Numbered from the stretch's first letter, positions 1 through 11,294 are shown. The stretch is DNA of 20,000 nt from Perkinsus olseni (GCA_013115125.1 JABANN010000067.1:61989-81988); one strand, 5' to 3'. The notes: generated from the letters alone by a model not told the origin. Program-made: numbers and translations.

Positions 1-3000
1 GTCGAGGCTTGATTAACCGATGTACAAACTGTTAGGAATTCGTATCAGCTGGAGGCCTTAGTTCTGGAGACAAGGCACCCCTAGTCGACTTGAAGCCTCG
101 GTTCGACGCTGGTGCTGTGAAGGAGAGTAGTACGGGATTCGTCTTTCAGGGTGCTGTGTTGACGCGTCGTGGTTGCTGTCAGGACCGTGGGGAGATGGGC
201 ACGACCCAGAAACGGGGGATGATATACTTAGCTTTGAAGTAAGCGAAATGTGATTCAATGAGCCAATCTGGATGCCCCGCAGTCCAGTGGGCGAAAGATT
301 TCCGTGTTTTGGCCTGATATCAGATGGATCTCCCTCGTGGTTATAAGATACCCTGTATGTTGTTCAGTTCCTGGGATCGGTGGAGATGCTCACCAGAGGG
401 AAGAGGAAGGAAGACTGGTCTTTCCGATTTGGCTATTCAGATGGAGTGTAAGGATGCTGATACTGCAGGGCTTGTTGGAAGATACTCTTACTTCTCAGGT
501 GTATCGATTGGAACTCCTTAGAGTTCGAAGTACCTGATGCTCTTCTGGTCACGGAAGAACAGGATGAGGAGATGGGCCTCTGGGCGCTACCGGAGGTACG
601 TTTTATGAGCTTTCACTCGCCAGTGGCGAGTCACCACAGAATCAACTCTTCCCTCTCGCTTATACGAACGGGAAATTATTCATGATTAGTTCACAATTCG
701 ATGATATATCGTCCTGGGGCCCTCAGCGCTGCATTCGGAATGATGCTGGTTGTCTTGTAGCCGGTCTGATTCGATACTTGTGAGACAAGGAGTTATGGTG
801 TACTAGCGACATACTGGCTCAGAGAAGCGTTGATCAGACTTTGGCGGGAACACTGATGATTTACAGGTGCTCTGCCCACCATGGATGAAGGGAAGATTCG
901 CCTATTACACCTCCGAGCTGTTGTCATATGACAGCGGACATGCGAGTCCGAATGAGCAAGGGTCTACGAGAAGCACTGGGCCTGGCTCGAGTGGTCAGCA
1001 AACACCAGCGGGCGGAGGAGGCAGGAATAAGATGCTCTTCGCTAGAAGGAAGAGACGTAGGCTCGAAAGCGGGTTAAACGTATTCTGTCTGGATAATTAC
1101 CGTGCATGTCGAATATCGATTCGACTTCGATGCGGGGAAGTTAAGAGATCGATCGTCGTGATACCATCCGCTCGGCCGGTGGTAAATATTTTCATATCCC
1201 CGCGGCTCATTGGCGCCCTTTTGTTCCATTTTGCGTACTCCGCATGTCTGTCTGAAAGCCCGCATCGTTGTGGTGTCCCTGCACCTCTCGGCAGGATCGT
1301 TAATTGTTCAGTACCCTCGTCGTACCGCCCAATGCCTGGATCGTTACTGCTACCTAAAGGGATGGTTACACCTAATAGGAAGGCTACTCTGTCCACGCTC
1401 GCGGCAAGTCCAGTGACGCCGGGGAGTGTCACGTCCACGACGGTGAGATGAGAGGAGTTTTACTTGTGCGTCATTGTTTATTGCAGCCACCGTTCGTCGC
1501 CCAGAGTAAAGCGGTTCCAAAGGCTACACCTGTCGAAGAGGGTTCCACTCCTCGAAGGAATGGCAAGCCTCCGCCTGTTGCTCCTGCTCCTTCTGTTACC
1601 GGGCCGTCTACTCCGAGCAGGACAGAGGCTAGCATGGCTGCTTTGAAGGAGAAGCTAGCGGGCTTCCAGGTAGAATGCTGTGATGGTGTCATCGTGTCTA
1701 CTGTTGAATTCAGGCGAAGGCTAAAGCAGCAGCAGCGGCATCAACTCATCCTGCACAAGTACAGGCTCGCCCTAAGCAGCACGGCATAGAGAACCAGAAG
1801 AACGAGGGTTTACGACCGCTCAACACAAGCCCGTGGGCACCTCCGCATCCCCCCAGCAAGGCTGCTGCATCCACCGGGGCCTTCCGAACTCCCACGGAGT
1901 GGCAGCAGCGACCGACACCGAAGACGCCGCCACGAGAAGTTCAGGCTTCGGGAAGTAATTCGAAACGTCCAGTGAGCCCTACACGACACCATCGTGCGGG
2001 CCGGACGGACTTGGACAAACGGCGAAAGACGGACATGCGCTCAAAAGATTCGCCAAGAGCGAGAGAATCTTCGCCCAATTCTGAGATCAGTGAGCCAATA
2101 GAAAGGGAACCTCGAGAAGTGATGATGGCCGTTGACTTGGACATCTCGCCTCGGGCACGGCTACTGGTTCGGAATAGGAGGGGTGGAGAACCGACGATCA
2201 GTCGGAGGCGATCTGACGTTGAAGTCGCCGGGACGATGGCCCGTGCTGCTGCTGAAGCGGCTTATAGTTCGAGGACCGCGGCGCCTATGCCTTCTGCACC
2301 TTTCGAGCGAGCTGGCGGAAGAAATTTTGGCAAAGGCTTACGTGGTCGGGAAAGGTAGTAAAGCGGGGTGTTTGTCTGGTATTAATTCTTATCGCGCAAT
2401 TCTGAGGCTACCGTGCTGTGTATGCGTGTTTTGAAGTGCGCTGTGCTCTAAAATAGCTCCGAGTAGGTTGATCCAACCCCTAGTGACAGTAGGCTGGTCT
2501 TCAACTACAGATTTACACGAGTAGGGCCTACACGGAAGAACACGTTGAGTGTGTATCGGATTCGAAAGCCGTCTAGCTATTGACCACCTCGTAGTCGACT
2601 GGATACTCGTGTTATGATGAACTGGGCGGTAGTCAATGACAATATCATCTCTACCCTAATGATTTCGAGTGGACGCTTTGGTCGATATTTCTTGGTGAAA
2701 ATATGAGATCTCAGCCGGAGCAATACTCTGTAGCATGCGTCGCTGCCAGGTCTAGATCACCGGCAAATTTCCGACTTCACCCTGCTCAACGATCGAGAAC
2801 AAGCGGACCGCGCAACGCCTTCGACACAGGCGGGCCTCGGAATGCTCTGGACGCAGCTCCGATACGTGAGTCGCATCATCGACATACCCATCACCACCAA
2901 GAGGACGAGCAGGAAGGAAACCGGCCGATACTGGTTGAAAAGATGTCACCGGAAAGCAACAGCAGCGATGGACCAACGCCTCCGAGGTCATTCCCTCCCC

Positions 3001-3194
3001 CTCCCGGCCTCGTACCGAGGGCGAAAGGGAGTCGAACAAGTCAGCCGCCCAAGACTTCCCCTCCTCCTGGCCTGATCGCGCGCCACGAAAATAGGGGTCC
3101 TGGTGGCCGCATGGGCGGCCCTCGAAGTATGTTCGGCGCGGCCATGCAGTCTGTTCTGCGGCAGAGCGGCAGCGGCGGTGGTCGGCGGCGATGA
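1..3194 (+). CDS. 3' portion of a large multi-exon hypothetical protein with low-complexity Pro/Ser/Arg-rich C-terminal half
   Basis: Open exons bounded by GT-AG introns, e.g. from 867 (VLCPPWMKGRFAYY...RRKRRR), 1486-1668, 1714-2355 (one continuous frame, AKAKAAAA...GLRGRER) and ~2750-3194 (His-rich and PPPPGL motifs). Small exons in 1-800 and 2355-2750 are uncertain. No recognisable domain. Confidence 0.55.
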
Positions 3195-3206
3195 TGATGA
3201 TGATGA
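3190..3206. repeat. (GAT/TGA)5 microsatellite
   Basis: gatgatgatgatgatga, which gives five tandem in-frame TGA codons at the end of ORF 2703-3194. Confidence 0.85.
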
Positions 3207-3524
3207 GAAGTAGTAGTACCCTAAGTAGCGTAGAATGTACGCCATAATGCCTCCTAGACAGTCGGGCTGTGTGGATACTATACTTTGCTTAAAAACGTTG
3301 AAAAAATCGAAGTTTAGATCACTGAGTAAAATTGATGAAGAGGCTAGGGAGCTGTTGAGTTCGAGTCATCAAATCATGGAAACGGTGGCACGTTTGACGG
3401 GAGACAATTTGAGACTGTCGATCGAAGTGGCGGTCTTCCACCGCATGCAAGTTCTATTTCCGGGGAATGAGCGGTGTGAGGGGTAGAGAGTATTGCTTCC
3501 AGTCGTCCATATACTCTCCGACTC

Positions 3525-4361
3525 ATGACCTTGCTCTCCAAGCTCGTAGTCATCTTCTGCATAATCGCTATTGGCGCGGTCCTGAGAACGACAGGAGGCG
3601 TGGAAGCCTGGGAACTCACACCGGAGGAAGAGGATCGTAGAAACGCCCTCCAATGGCGAGGAGTAAGGTCCCGTCATGAGTGAGCAACCCCTAAGTCTAG
3701 GGAAGGTGTCTTCTGAGATGGCTGCTACAACTGATCTTATTTCCTGCATTACTTCGAACATTGGTGCGTCCAACTCGTCGGGTTTCTCACGGCTTTCTTG
3801 ATAGATATTCGTAGAGCCAAATCGGTGGGGCAGTTGTAGGATCAGGGAGATTGGAATCGGCCATGATTACTTCACTGTCTCCACATTTGATTTCGACGTG
3901 GAGGTGAAGAAGGCCCCGTCACGGTCGTGTTTGAGAATGACAAAGGCCAATCCTATATATTGTGAGTTCTGGTGGGAGAAGCGGTGCTTGTGAAATGCAG
4001 CTGCCAGCGGTGAGGTGAGTGCTGTTTCCTTCTTGCAGTGATAAACAACGAAATATTTTCGCGATGAATGGTCTGGTGATTGATGGAGGCAAAGGCTTCG
4101 GGAGCGAGAAGTTGTACATGCTTGGCGAAGGATTTGGTGTCTTACCATTGAAGCACATCCCGCAGGAGGCCGAACAACTGTTGAAGCGCACCCGTACGAG
4201 CGGCGTGGACTGTGTCGAAATGACGGAGGCGATTGTCAATAACCCTCCACCTGGGTAAATTTGAGGGTTACTGGATTCCTGAATTCTATAGAAGAAATAG
4301 TGAGGCTATCAGTGAGGCATTGAACAGGATGAAGGGCAGACAGCTGCTGGGTGTTTGGTAA
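3525..4361 (+). pseudogene. Frameshifted copy of a lineage-specific secreted-protein family (copy 1)
   Basis: Exon 1 (3525-3662) encodes a signal-peptide-like MTLLSKLVVIFCIIAIGAVL. Later exons are 3805-3961 and 4039-4361. Homology to copy 2 requires two frame changes: at ~3901-3903 (STFDFDV / GEEGPVTVVFENDKGQSYIF) and at ~4253-4255 (NNPPP / GKFEGYWIPEFYRRNSEAISEALNRM...W*). Confidence 0.75.
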
Positions 4362-4391
4362 GACCACATATGTGGCACTCCGCTCCCAATC

Positions 4392-5270
4392 ATGACCTCC
4401 CCTCATTTCTCAGTTTTTCTGTTACAGCCTCAGCCTTGAGATGCCGCAGTGATCGCCCCTTTGTGCAGGTTCGCTAGGAGAGAACACTGGGTCTCGACCC
4501 AAGAAGAGGCGTGTGATAGCCTTGTATGGTCACGGAGTAAGGCTTTGTCGTATGCCCTATCACTACGTTACTGCTCGAATCGCTAACTGTATCGCACTGA
4601 TTCTTAAATCTATCGTGGGTGCTTTCTGTTGCACTTCGGGAACGCAAGAGGGGGAAAATTATAATAATTGGCACCTCTTCCACCTCTAGTGCCTCGTGCT
4701 CACCAAGCGTTCATGGCACTCCTTGCAGGTAGGGCTCGCCCCGACGCGATCAGGATGCAAACTTGAGGAGCGTAGCTCCGACTCGGCCATATCAGCTTCA
4801 ACGTTCTTTTTCAATCTGGACAGTGAGGAGGGCGTCACGGCTGTTGGGTACGAGGACAGGCAGATATACTACCTGTTGTAAGGAACCCAGATTGGCGCAT
4901 CGTGGCCGTAGGGGTTGCCGAGTGAGCGCTGTTCCTTTTCAGTGATAAAAGGAGAGACATTTTTACATCCCCATATAGAGAAATTGAGAAAGGTCATCCA
5001 GAAGGGAAGTGGAAAATCGTCGAGGAAGAAGTTCCCGTCCTACCGTTGTGGTATCTTCCTGTGGGCATTCAGCAAATGCTGAAGCGCACGCACCCTAACG
5101 GCAGAGCCTGTCTAAAGATTGTTGAGGCGACCGTCAATAACCCCCCACCAGATTTTGAGGAGTATAAGAACAAGGGCTATTGGATAACCGAATTTTACAG
5201 GAGAACCAAGGATACTATAGAACGTGCTTTCACTAGGATGTTCGTGAATCATGGGCTCGGCTACTTGTGA
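4392..5270 (+). CDS. Lineage-specific secreted-family protein (copy 2); 3' exons intact, 5' exon apparently damaged
   Basis: Exons 4729-4877 and 4943-5270 splice to VGLAPTRSGCKLEE...SEEGVTAVGYEDRQIYYLF^DKRRDIF...VLPLWYLPVGIQQMLKRT...CLKIVEATVNNPPPDFEEYKNKGYWITEFYRR...GLGYL*. The region resembling copy-1 exon 1 (ATG 4392, donor GGA|gtaagg at 4537) has an in-frame TGA at 4437-4439. The true start is uncertain. Confidence 0.65.
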
Positions 5271-5842
5271 GATTCCGCTACGCTTATGTTGCCAAGCTGT
5301 CAGCAGTGTTGTTGAATTCTTATCATGATGTTCACATGTGTTGCATTCACGAACCTGCTCCGAGTTAATCGTGATCATTGATCGCTGATCACGGTTGTCA
5401 GGGTTAGCGAAGTGAGCAACCTGATCTCCCCGAGACCTGATTAAACGTTATTCTGGTAGCAGGATATCACTGGGAAGCCAGGCTCATCATCACTACAGGT
5501 TCGCGCGGGTATATATTCGGCCATCTTGCGCGAGGCGGTATACAAGTTCGGCTTATTACATATTTAAACTCGTTTGAGGATTTGTTCTCTGTGTCTTTGT
5601 CGGGTTCCTGCCTATGGTTCAGTGTTATCATCTGCATCCGAATACTGCAGCTCGATGTGGATGCTGCTCGCCGTTTTTCTCATCTGCCGTCAAATCTTTG
5701 GATGATTTAACATGCTCACTCTGGTATGCCCGCGATTATCTCGGGCGAAATAATCAATGATAGCTCGTTCGACGAGCTATCATTCGTGGAAGCACGAGTA
5801 TTGTTTTGTTTTGGTGATGCCCTTTTCCGTGAATCCCGTATC

Positions 5843-5913
5843 CGGGCGGGGGCTCGGGCGGGGGCTATGACAGTGTCTAATCCCGATTCTTCCACAGTGT
5901 CTAATAGACAGTG
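5843..5913. repeat. Short direct-repeat cluster
   Basis: cgggcgggggct x2 in tandem (5843-5866); acagtgtctaat at 5870-5881 and 5894-5905; partial acagtg at 5908-5913. Confidence 0.85.
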
Positions 5914-5998
5914 AAGCTTATGACGTCACCAAGGAGCTGCTAGGTTCGAGTTCCTTGCCGAATAGAATATCTGACAGTTGCCTACCGTCCTCTTAATA

Positions 5999-8900
5999 AT
6001 GAATAAGGAGGATGAATGGCTGCAAATCACAACTCTGCCGTATTTGGTGACCTCTATTGGTCCAGTGGCGTGCTGGTCCGTTGATGCTTATGTTGCTGTT
6101 GCTACTGAGAAGGTGGTATATGTACTGGATGCAACGGTAGTACAGGAGGCTGGGGGAGTTTCGACGTGTAATTCCACTTTGGATTGGCGGTCGGGAAATC
6201 TGTCATAGCGAGAGGACATGCTTAAGATGGGATTCACGGGTTAGAGCCCGTGTTTATTACGGTGCATTCACAACCCGCAGGTGATCGCTACGCGGCACCC
6301 TAGCAGAAACGTCGTCTTTAATTTTTAGAAAGGTTTTGCCTCCCGCACGTATTTTTAGCCTCCTGTATGTTTAGGCGTTCTTGGAAGGGACAACTCGATC
6401 CGCATTGGCAGCTGGCGGCGTGACTGGGCCAGTCCGGCTGTTGAAGGGGCAGATAACGCCTTCTAGGCAGATCACAGGTGGAGAATTTCAAGCCAAGAGA
6501 TTGAAGCTGGAGAACGGGGTAGTGCCATTGGTATCGAGTTGGGGAGAAGAATTGATCGCAGAGCGTATGGGGTCTCCAATGGTCAATTGAGCTGGTCCGT
6601 GTAGTTGAGGAAAATCGTGCGATGTTTTCTGTATTGATATTAAATGCTTCGTGGTGACGCGGTCGTCGTGACGGAATTGAGGTATGTTACGCGCCTTCCA
6701 TAGCATTGTGTGTTAGGAGGAGGAATTTCATGCCGCCAAGCTGATATCGCGTCGGCGAGGCTCAGACAAGGAGGTTAAATTGAAGGCCATGGCCTTACTG
6801 GAAGGGGGCATCAAGGCGGCAACAACGCGATCAAAAGAGCATCCAGTGCCGGTGAAGAAGGTCTCTTCGGGAGAGAGCAGAAAGAAAAAGAAGAAGACAG
6901 AGAAGAAGGCAACGAGCAGCAAGAAGAAATCGACAGCTAAGAAGAAGGCGCAGCCGAAGCGGAAGGTGGGTGGGATTGAGTAGTCTTATCATGCGTTCGA
7001 AAATGGAATGCTGGTAGCCTTACTGAGGGCGGTCGCTTGTACTATGAACTGGAAACGTTGCGCTGGGTATCTCAGTCTCGACCCACGAGGGCTTGTCACG
7101 AATGCCATTGTTCCGGTAGCGGACATCGCATGAGTGGTATCAACAGTTGGGGAGGTGGATATCCGTGTAGGCTAAGAAGAGGCGGAGTATTGTACGAAGC
7201 GACTCGGAGTCCGAAAGAGACGATGACGATTCTGACTTTCATATGGAATCTGAACCGGAGTCCTCGTCTTCTGATGATGAAGATGCAAGCGACTTGGTTC
7301 CCGAGGCTTCTGAGGGTAGTCAAGGGATGTATGGTGTATGCGATGTGGGGACAACGACGGAGTACGTCGATAGTTCAGTGTTTATGCTCAACGCAGTATA
7401 GGGTGAGGCGCAGAGAAAAGTTGAGCTCTGGGATTAACTGAAGCCCGTATGGTTCGCCTGGATCGATCGGAGCCGTGGAGTTTACACGATGCTACTCAGT
7501 CGAAATAATAGCTTATACTCTGAGAAGTAGTATTGTGCTCACTACAAATCGTGTCACCCGATTGGTAGTAGGAGGGATGTGGACTGTGAGCACGATCGCG
7601 ATCGGTTCACTAGCGCGACCTGTTAGTAAACGGTTCTCTTAGGCAGTGTTTAGCCAGCAGAGTTCACTTCCACCGTTTACTCAGCCGACGATTCGACTCC
7701 ATCTCGTCCGCACCCGAGAGCCTCTACTGGCAGTAGCAGTAGTGTTGGAGCGATGGGAGCGTCCAACCTTCTTGGTCAGTGCGGAGGGCCTGCTGGAGTT
7801 CAGGATCTGTGGGTTGGTGATGTGCAGCGAGTTGCGGGGGAGAACTCGGTAGAGAACCTGGGAATGCTGTGAGCGTTGACCACCTTTTTGTCAGTCTACT
7901 CAATCGGATATCCTCACCCTTTTGCAACAGCACTACTCGGTCATGAGCACCTGCCCCAAGTCAGTCCACTGGTCGCCTGGGTACGCCTGTGGGCATGGTA
8001 GGTCGTATCTGAGCGACTTATCTGAGGGATTCGCGGTGTATTCAGGTTGCATACTGGCGTTGGTACCTCGCTTCGCCTTCGTTGTTCAGCTTTTCGTGCT
8101 TTCCGAGCACTCTACTGCGGCTAATGGTAGGCGTCGCGGATTATGACGATTTTAGGGAAAGTATGGATCAGGCCCCGATTGCCCAACACTTGCCGATCTG
8201 AATCCGTCGGAAGCGTGGACGTTGCCGCCTGCCGAAACGCCGCCATTGATTACGATAGAGGCTGATGGACAGTGTAACCAACCACTGGAGCTAGGTACTC
8301 TGGCAACGAATGCAGAGGTTGTACAGTTAACCGATCGTCTTGGCTCATAATTGGTATTCTTTGTGACCGTGTTTTGTACTGAGCTGCATTCTATCGCTCC
8401 CCGCTAGTTCATCGTACTAGTTTGTAGACCATTGCTACTGTGACGCCATCCCTCAATCTTCTGCCTTCCGGTGATCGGAGTTGGCTCCCCGAAGAAAGCA
8501 AATTGTGACCACAGTTCGAACTCTAACCTTCTTGCAGGGAATTTTTTCAGGCCCTCGACCGCCGCCTTTGACGGTCGTCTACCCATCTTTCTCTCAATCC
8601 CCCATAGCAAGCTCTAGTACAGATGCGGTCGTATCATGGGCTCCTAGGAAAATAGGACCGACGAGTAGGATCGCTTCGTCTCCCTCGGAGTGCATCTCGC
8701 ACCAGTCAGGCTCGGCATTCATTGTTTGCCATGGTACTCTGGCTCTATTCTGGGATATTGCCCCTGAGGCTTCAAGGTGATAAGCGGTCTTAGCGTCAAA
8801 GCTTGGGTACGTTGCAGCTCAGGTTCCGTCCCTTCCTCGCTCTTGCTCTGCCGAGTTTGATAACGAGCGTCAGCTGCCAGTCCCTGCATCGATCCGTTCC

Positions 8901-11294
8901 ATTGCCGACCGAAATGGTGTTGGCTAAAGCAGAGAGCCTGAGGATTGATGGCGCCCCTTCCTTGCAGGAGATGGTGAGCACGCAGTATCCCACCATTCAT
9001 TGTGGTCTATCTGTGGGATCGTCAGGTGGATCTGATAGCGTGCCCGACAGTAGAAGTGGAAGCCATCGTCCTCGTTGTCGGAATGCAGTCGGGCGCCGTG
9101 ATGGCTGCATCAGTATATCTTGCTGAGCTGCCCCATGGGATAGTGGTAGGTTTCGTCGTGGGTCCCGGCGTCGACTCGTACTGACACGGCCTCCCCTCAG
9201 CCCCTCAACACTCCGATATTCATCGAGATTTGCAGTCTGTCATCCTTCGTCGAGAATGTTGGTTGTGAAGTTCTGCCGGACCCAACTGCCATCGCAGAGC
9301 CGAAACAGCTGGTGCACATATGCGCTGCTTCTACGGCGACATATGAAGCAAAGGTTGTTACGTGGACCGAAGAAAGCGGGGATCTCCAAGGGTGAGTAAG
9401 GGAATTGGTGGATGGTGAGATTCGGTGGGATTGAGTTTGTGACTCGGAACGGTGGACGGTGCGGGCAAAGCGCTGCTCATGATTTTCAGTATAGTCAGTA
9501 GTGTACCACACTTGGTATCGTGAAGGATCTTCTTATGGTCTTGTCTGCAACCCGCACTGCGTACTCACTTTCGTTAAGGGTCTGCTATCGACGACCTGAA
9601 GTCGCGAGTGCTCTCGTTCCCTCTCTAGCTGCTGTCTGTATTCAGCCCCGCGGAGTGCATGTCGGTTCCCCCGGTGAATACCGATATAGATGACGATGAA
9701 TGCTCCCCCATTACGTCGATTGCACCACTCATAGGGCAGGGATATTTCATCGTATCTAAGTCCGCTGGGGCTCGCATTGCGGTAGGTTTTGCTCCTGCTG
9801 TTGGATCATACGGAATCGACGGCCGAGATTGGCCCGACTCTCCGCTCGCCTTTAGGTGTCAGCATTGCCGGATCGCATCCGGGAGATCAGCCTAGTGGGG
9901 TTCGACCCTGCCTCTAGGCTGCAAGGAGAAGTGATATCGCCGAATGGAACTGAGATCGTATGTCGACGGATCCGTACCCCGACTCGCCACTATCCCTGAC
10001 GTCAGGTCGCTATTTGCTGTGGAGGAACGGTCAATAAGCAGCAGTCTAGGGTCATGCTGCGCAGAGCGAGGAAGGTGATGGTGGACATCGAGGCAGCGGT
10101 GAGAGGCCCGCCCACCGGGCCGATGGTTGGGGCAGACGATCAGGCTAATCACCTGCTAAGTGAGCTTCGTTAATTGAACACCATATTGTTTGGACGGTCT
10201 TCTTTTCTTCTCTAGGAGAGGTGCTCTTAGCCAATGCCGGCAATGGAACCAACTTGTACGACTGCTACCTCTCGCTATTGTTGGGCAGGGTACCACCGTG
10301 TGTGGATCCAGCCAGGCCACAGGTACAAGAGCCTACAGCGAGTCGCCGGCCCAGCTCCTCCGGTGGTCAGGTCCTATCCACGTTGACGAATCTTGGGTCT
10401 GTGAATCAAGCCTTGGAGCTCTCCATCGAACGGCTGGGCATCCTGCCACCTGGATTCTCTGCAGCATCTCTGTTAATCTACAACGAACAGGAACAAATGC
10501 CCTCGTCTTCTGCGATGGATGTTGATGCTGGCCCGGCAGGAGCCCCATTAGAGAGTAGCCCTTCACCTCCTGCTGACTCAGTACAGTCCGTCGCCCACAG
10601 GTACAGAAGACCTTCTGTCAAAGGCGCGGGCGGTAATGGCCCTGCGTTGTGTGTAGGAGAGGTCAACTGTCTTCAACGAATCCATCTCTGCAGGTACTGG
10701 GCGATGATGCGGCGCCTCCACACGCCCAGGGCCACGTTCATGGCGGTAGTGTCTCGGCCGTTCCCAGAATCAACAATGCAGAACGAGCGAAGGGCTATAC
10801 TCAACTTGTTGTGGTCGGGGGGTCAAGAAGATTTGCTTGGCGAGCAGCTGCTGCCTGTCGATGTCAAGGAGCCTAACTTCCCATCGCCGGACTGCCCTTT
10901 ATGTGACACAACGACGCCATCTAAAATGGTCATCGATGATAACGCGCGGGTTTTCATATGTGAGACAAATCCAACCCACAAGGCCCTGATGTGTCAGAAG
11001 ACGCGCAAGCCTCTGTAAGTTCATGTCGCGCGCCTCGTTGCTCTCCCGTGCCGATCGGAACCCTGTCGCTGTTTGAAAAATCACGCGAGCGCTTCATCAA
11101 CAATCATCTGGAAATCCTGCTTCATCTGGAAATGCATCATCAACGTCAAGCAGAGCGCTTATTTTTTTTCTTCTCCCAGGGGTTTCGGTGCTCTCCTACG
11201 ATGCTCCTTCTGTTCTGCTGTGTTCGACGCGTTCGAAGTGCTCACGTCAAACCGCTGCTGCTTATGCGGCTGCCGAACAAGTATGGAGGTGTGA
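5999..11294 (+). CDS. Putative RNA polymerase III transcription factor TFIIIC subunit 4 (GTF3C4/TFIIIC90/tau60-like); multi-exon, internal structure only partly resolved
   Basis: N-terminal exon MNKEDEW...ACWSVDAYVAVATEKVVYVLD resembles the WSxDxxxAVAT..V.IL motif of the TFIIIC delta N-terminus. C-terminus, spliced across 11015-11179: CPLC-x18-CETNPTHKALMCQKTRKPLGFGALLRCSFC-x14-CCLCG...*, a zf-TFIIIC-like pattern. Between them are a Lys-rich exon (~6780-6965), an acidic exon (~7171-7377) and many short GT-AG-bounded exons. It could be more than one gene. Confidence 0.55.

Noticed and set aside
87..101. 15-mer gacttgaagcctcgg repeated at 11941-11955
   Set aside because: One 15-nt match is plausible by chance in 20 kb and does not extend.
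3369..3773. 134-aa minus-strand ORF
   Set aside because: Antisense shadow of the + strand signal-peptide exon of family copy 1.
4250..4262. Programmed ribosomal frameshifting (Euplotes-like stop-codon +1, or Perkinsus mitochondrial AGG/CCC type)
   Set aside because: This is a nuclear gene, paralogs have a continuous frame and residues are missing. A deletion is simpler.
5520..5528. gccatcttg (and tcttggctca at ~8338) resembling parts of the Perkinsus/dinoflagellate spliced leader
   Set aside because: Only 9-10 nt match, no GT donor following and flanks disagree, so chance is likely.
5614..5914. Possible extra 5' exon (MVQCYHLHP...) and ORF 5726-5914
   Set aside because: Phase does not join the downstream acceptor at 5977 and there is no homology.
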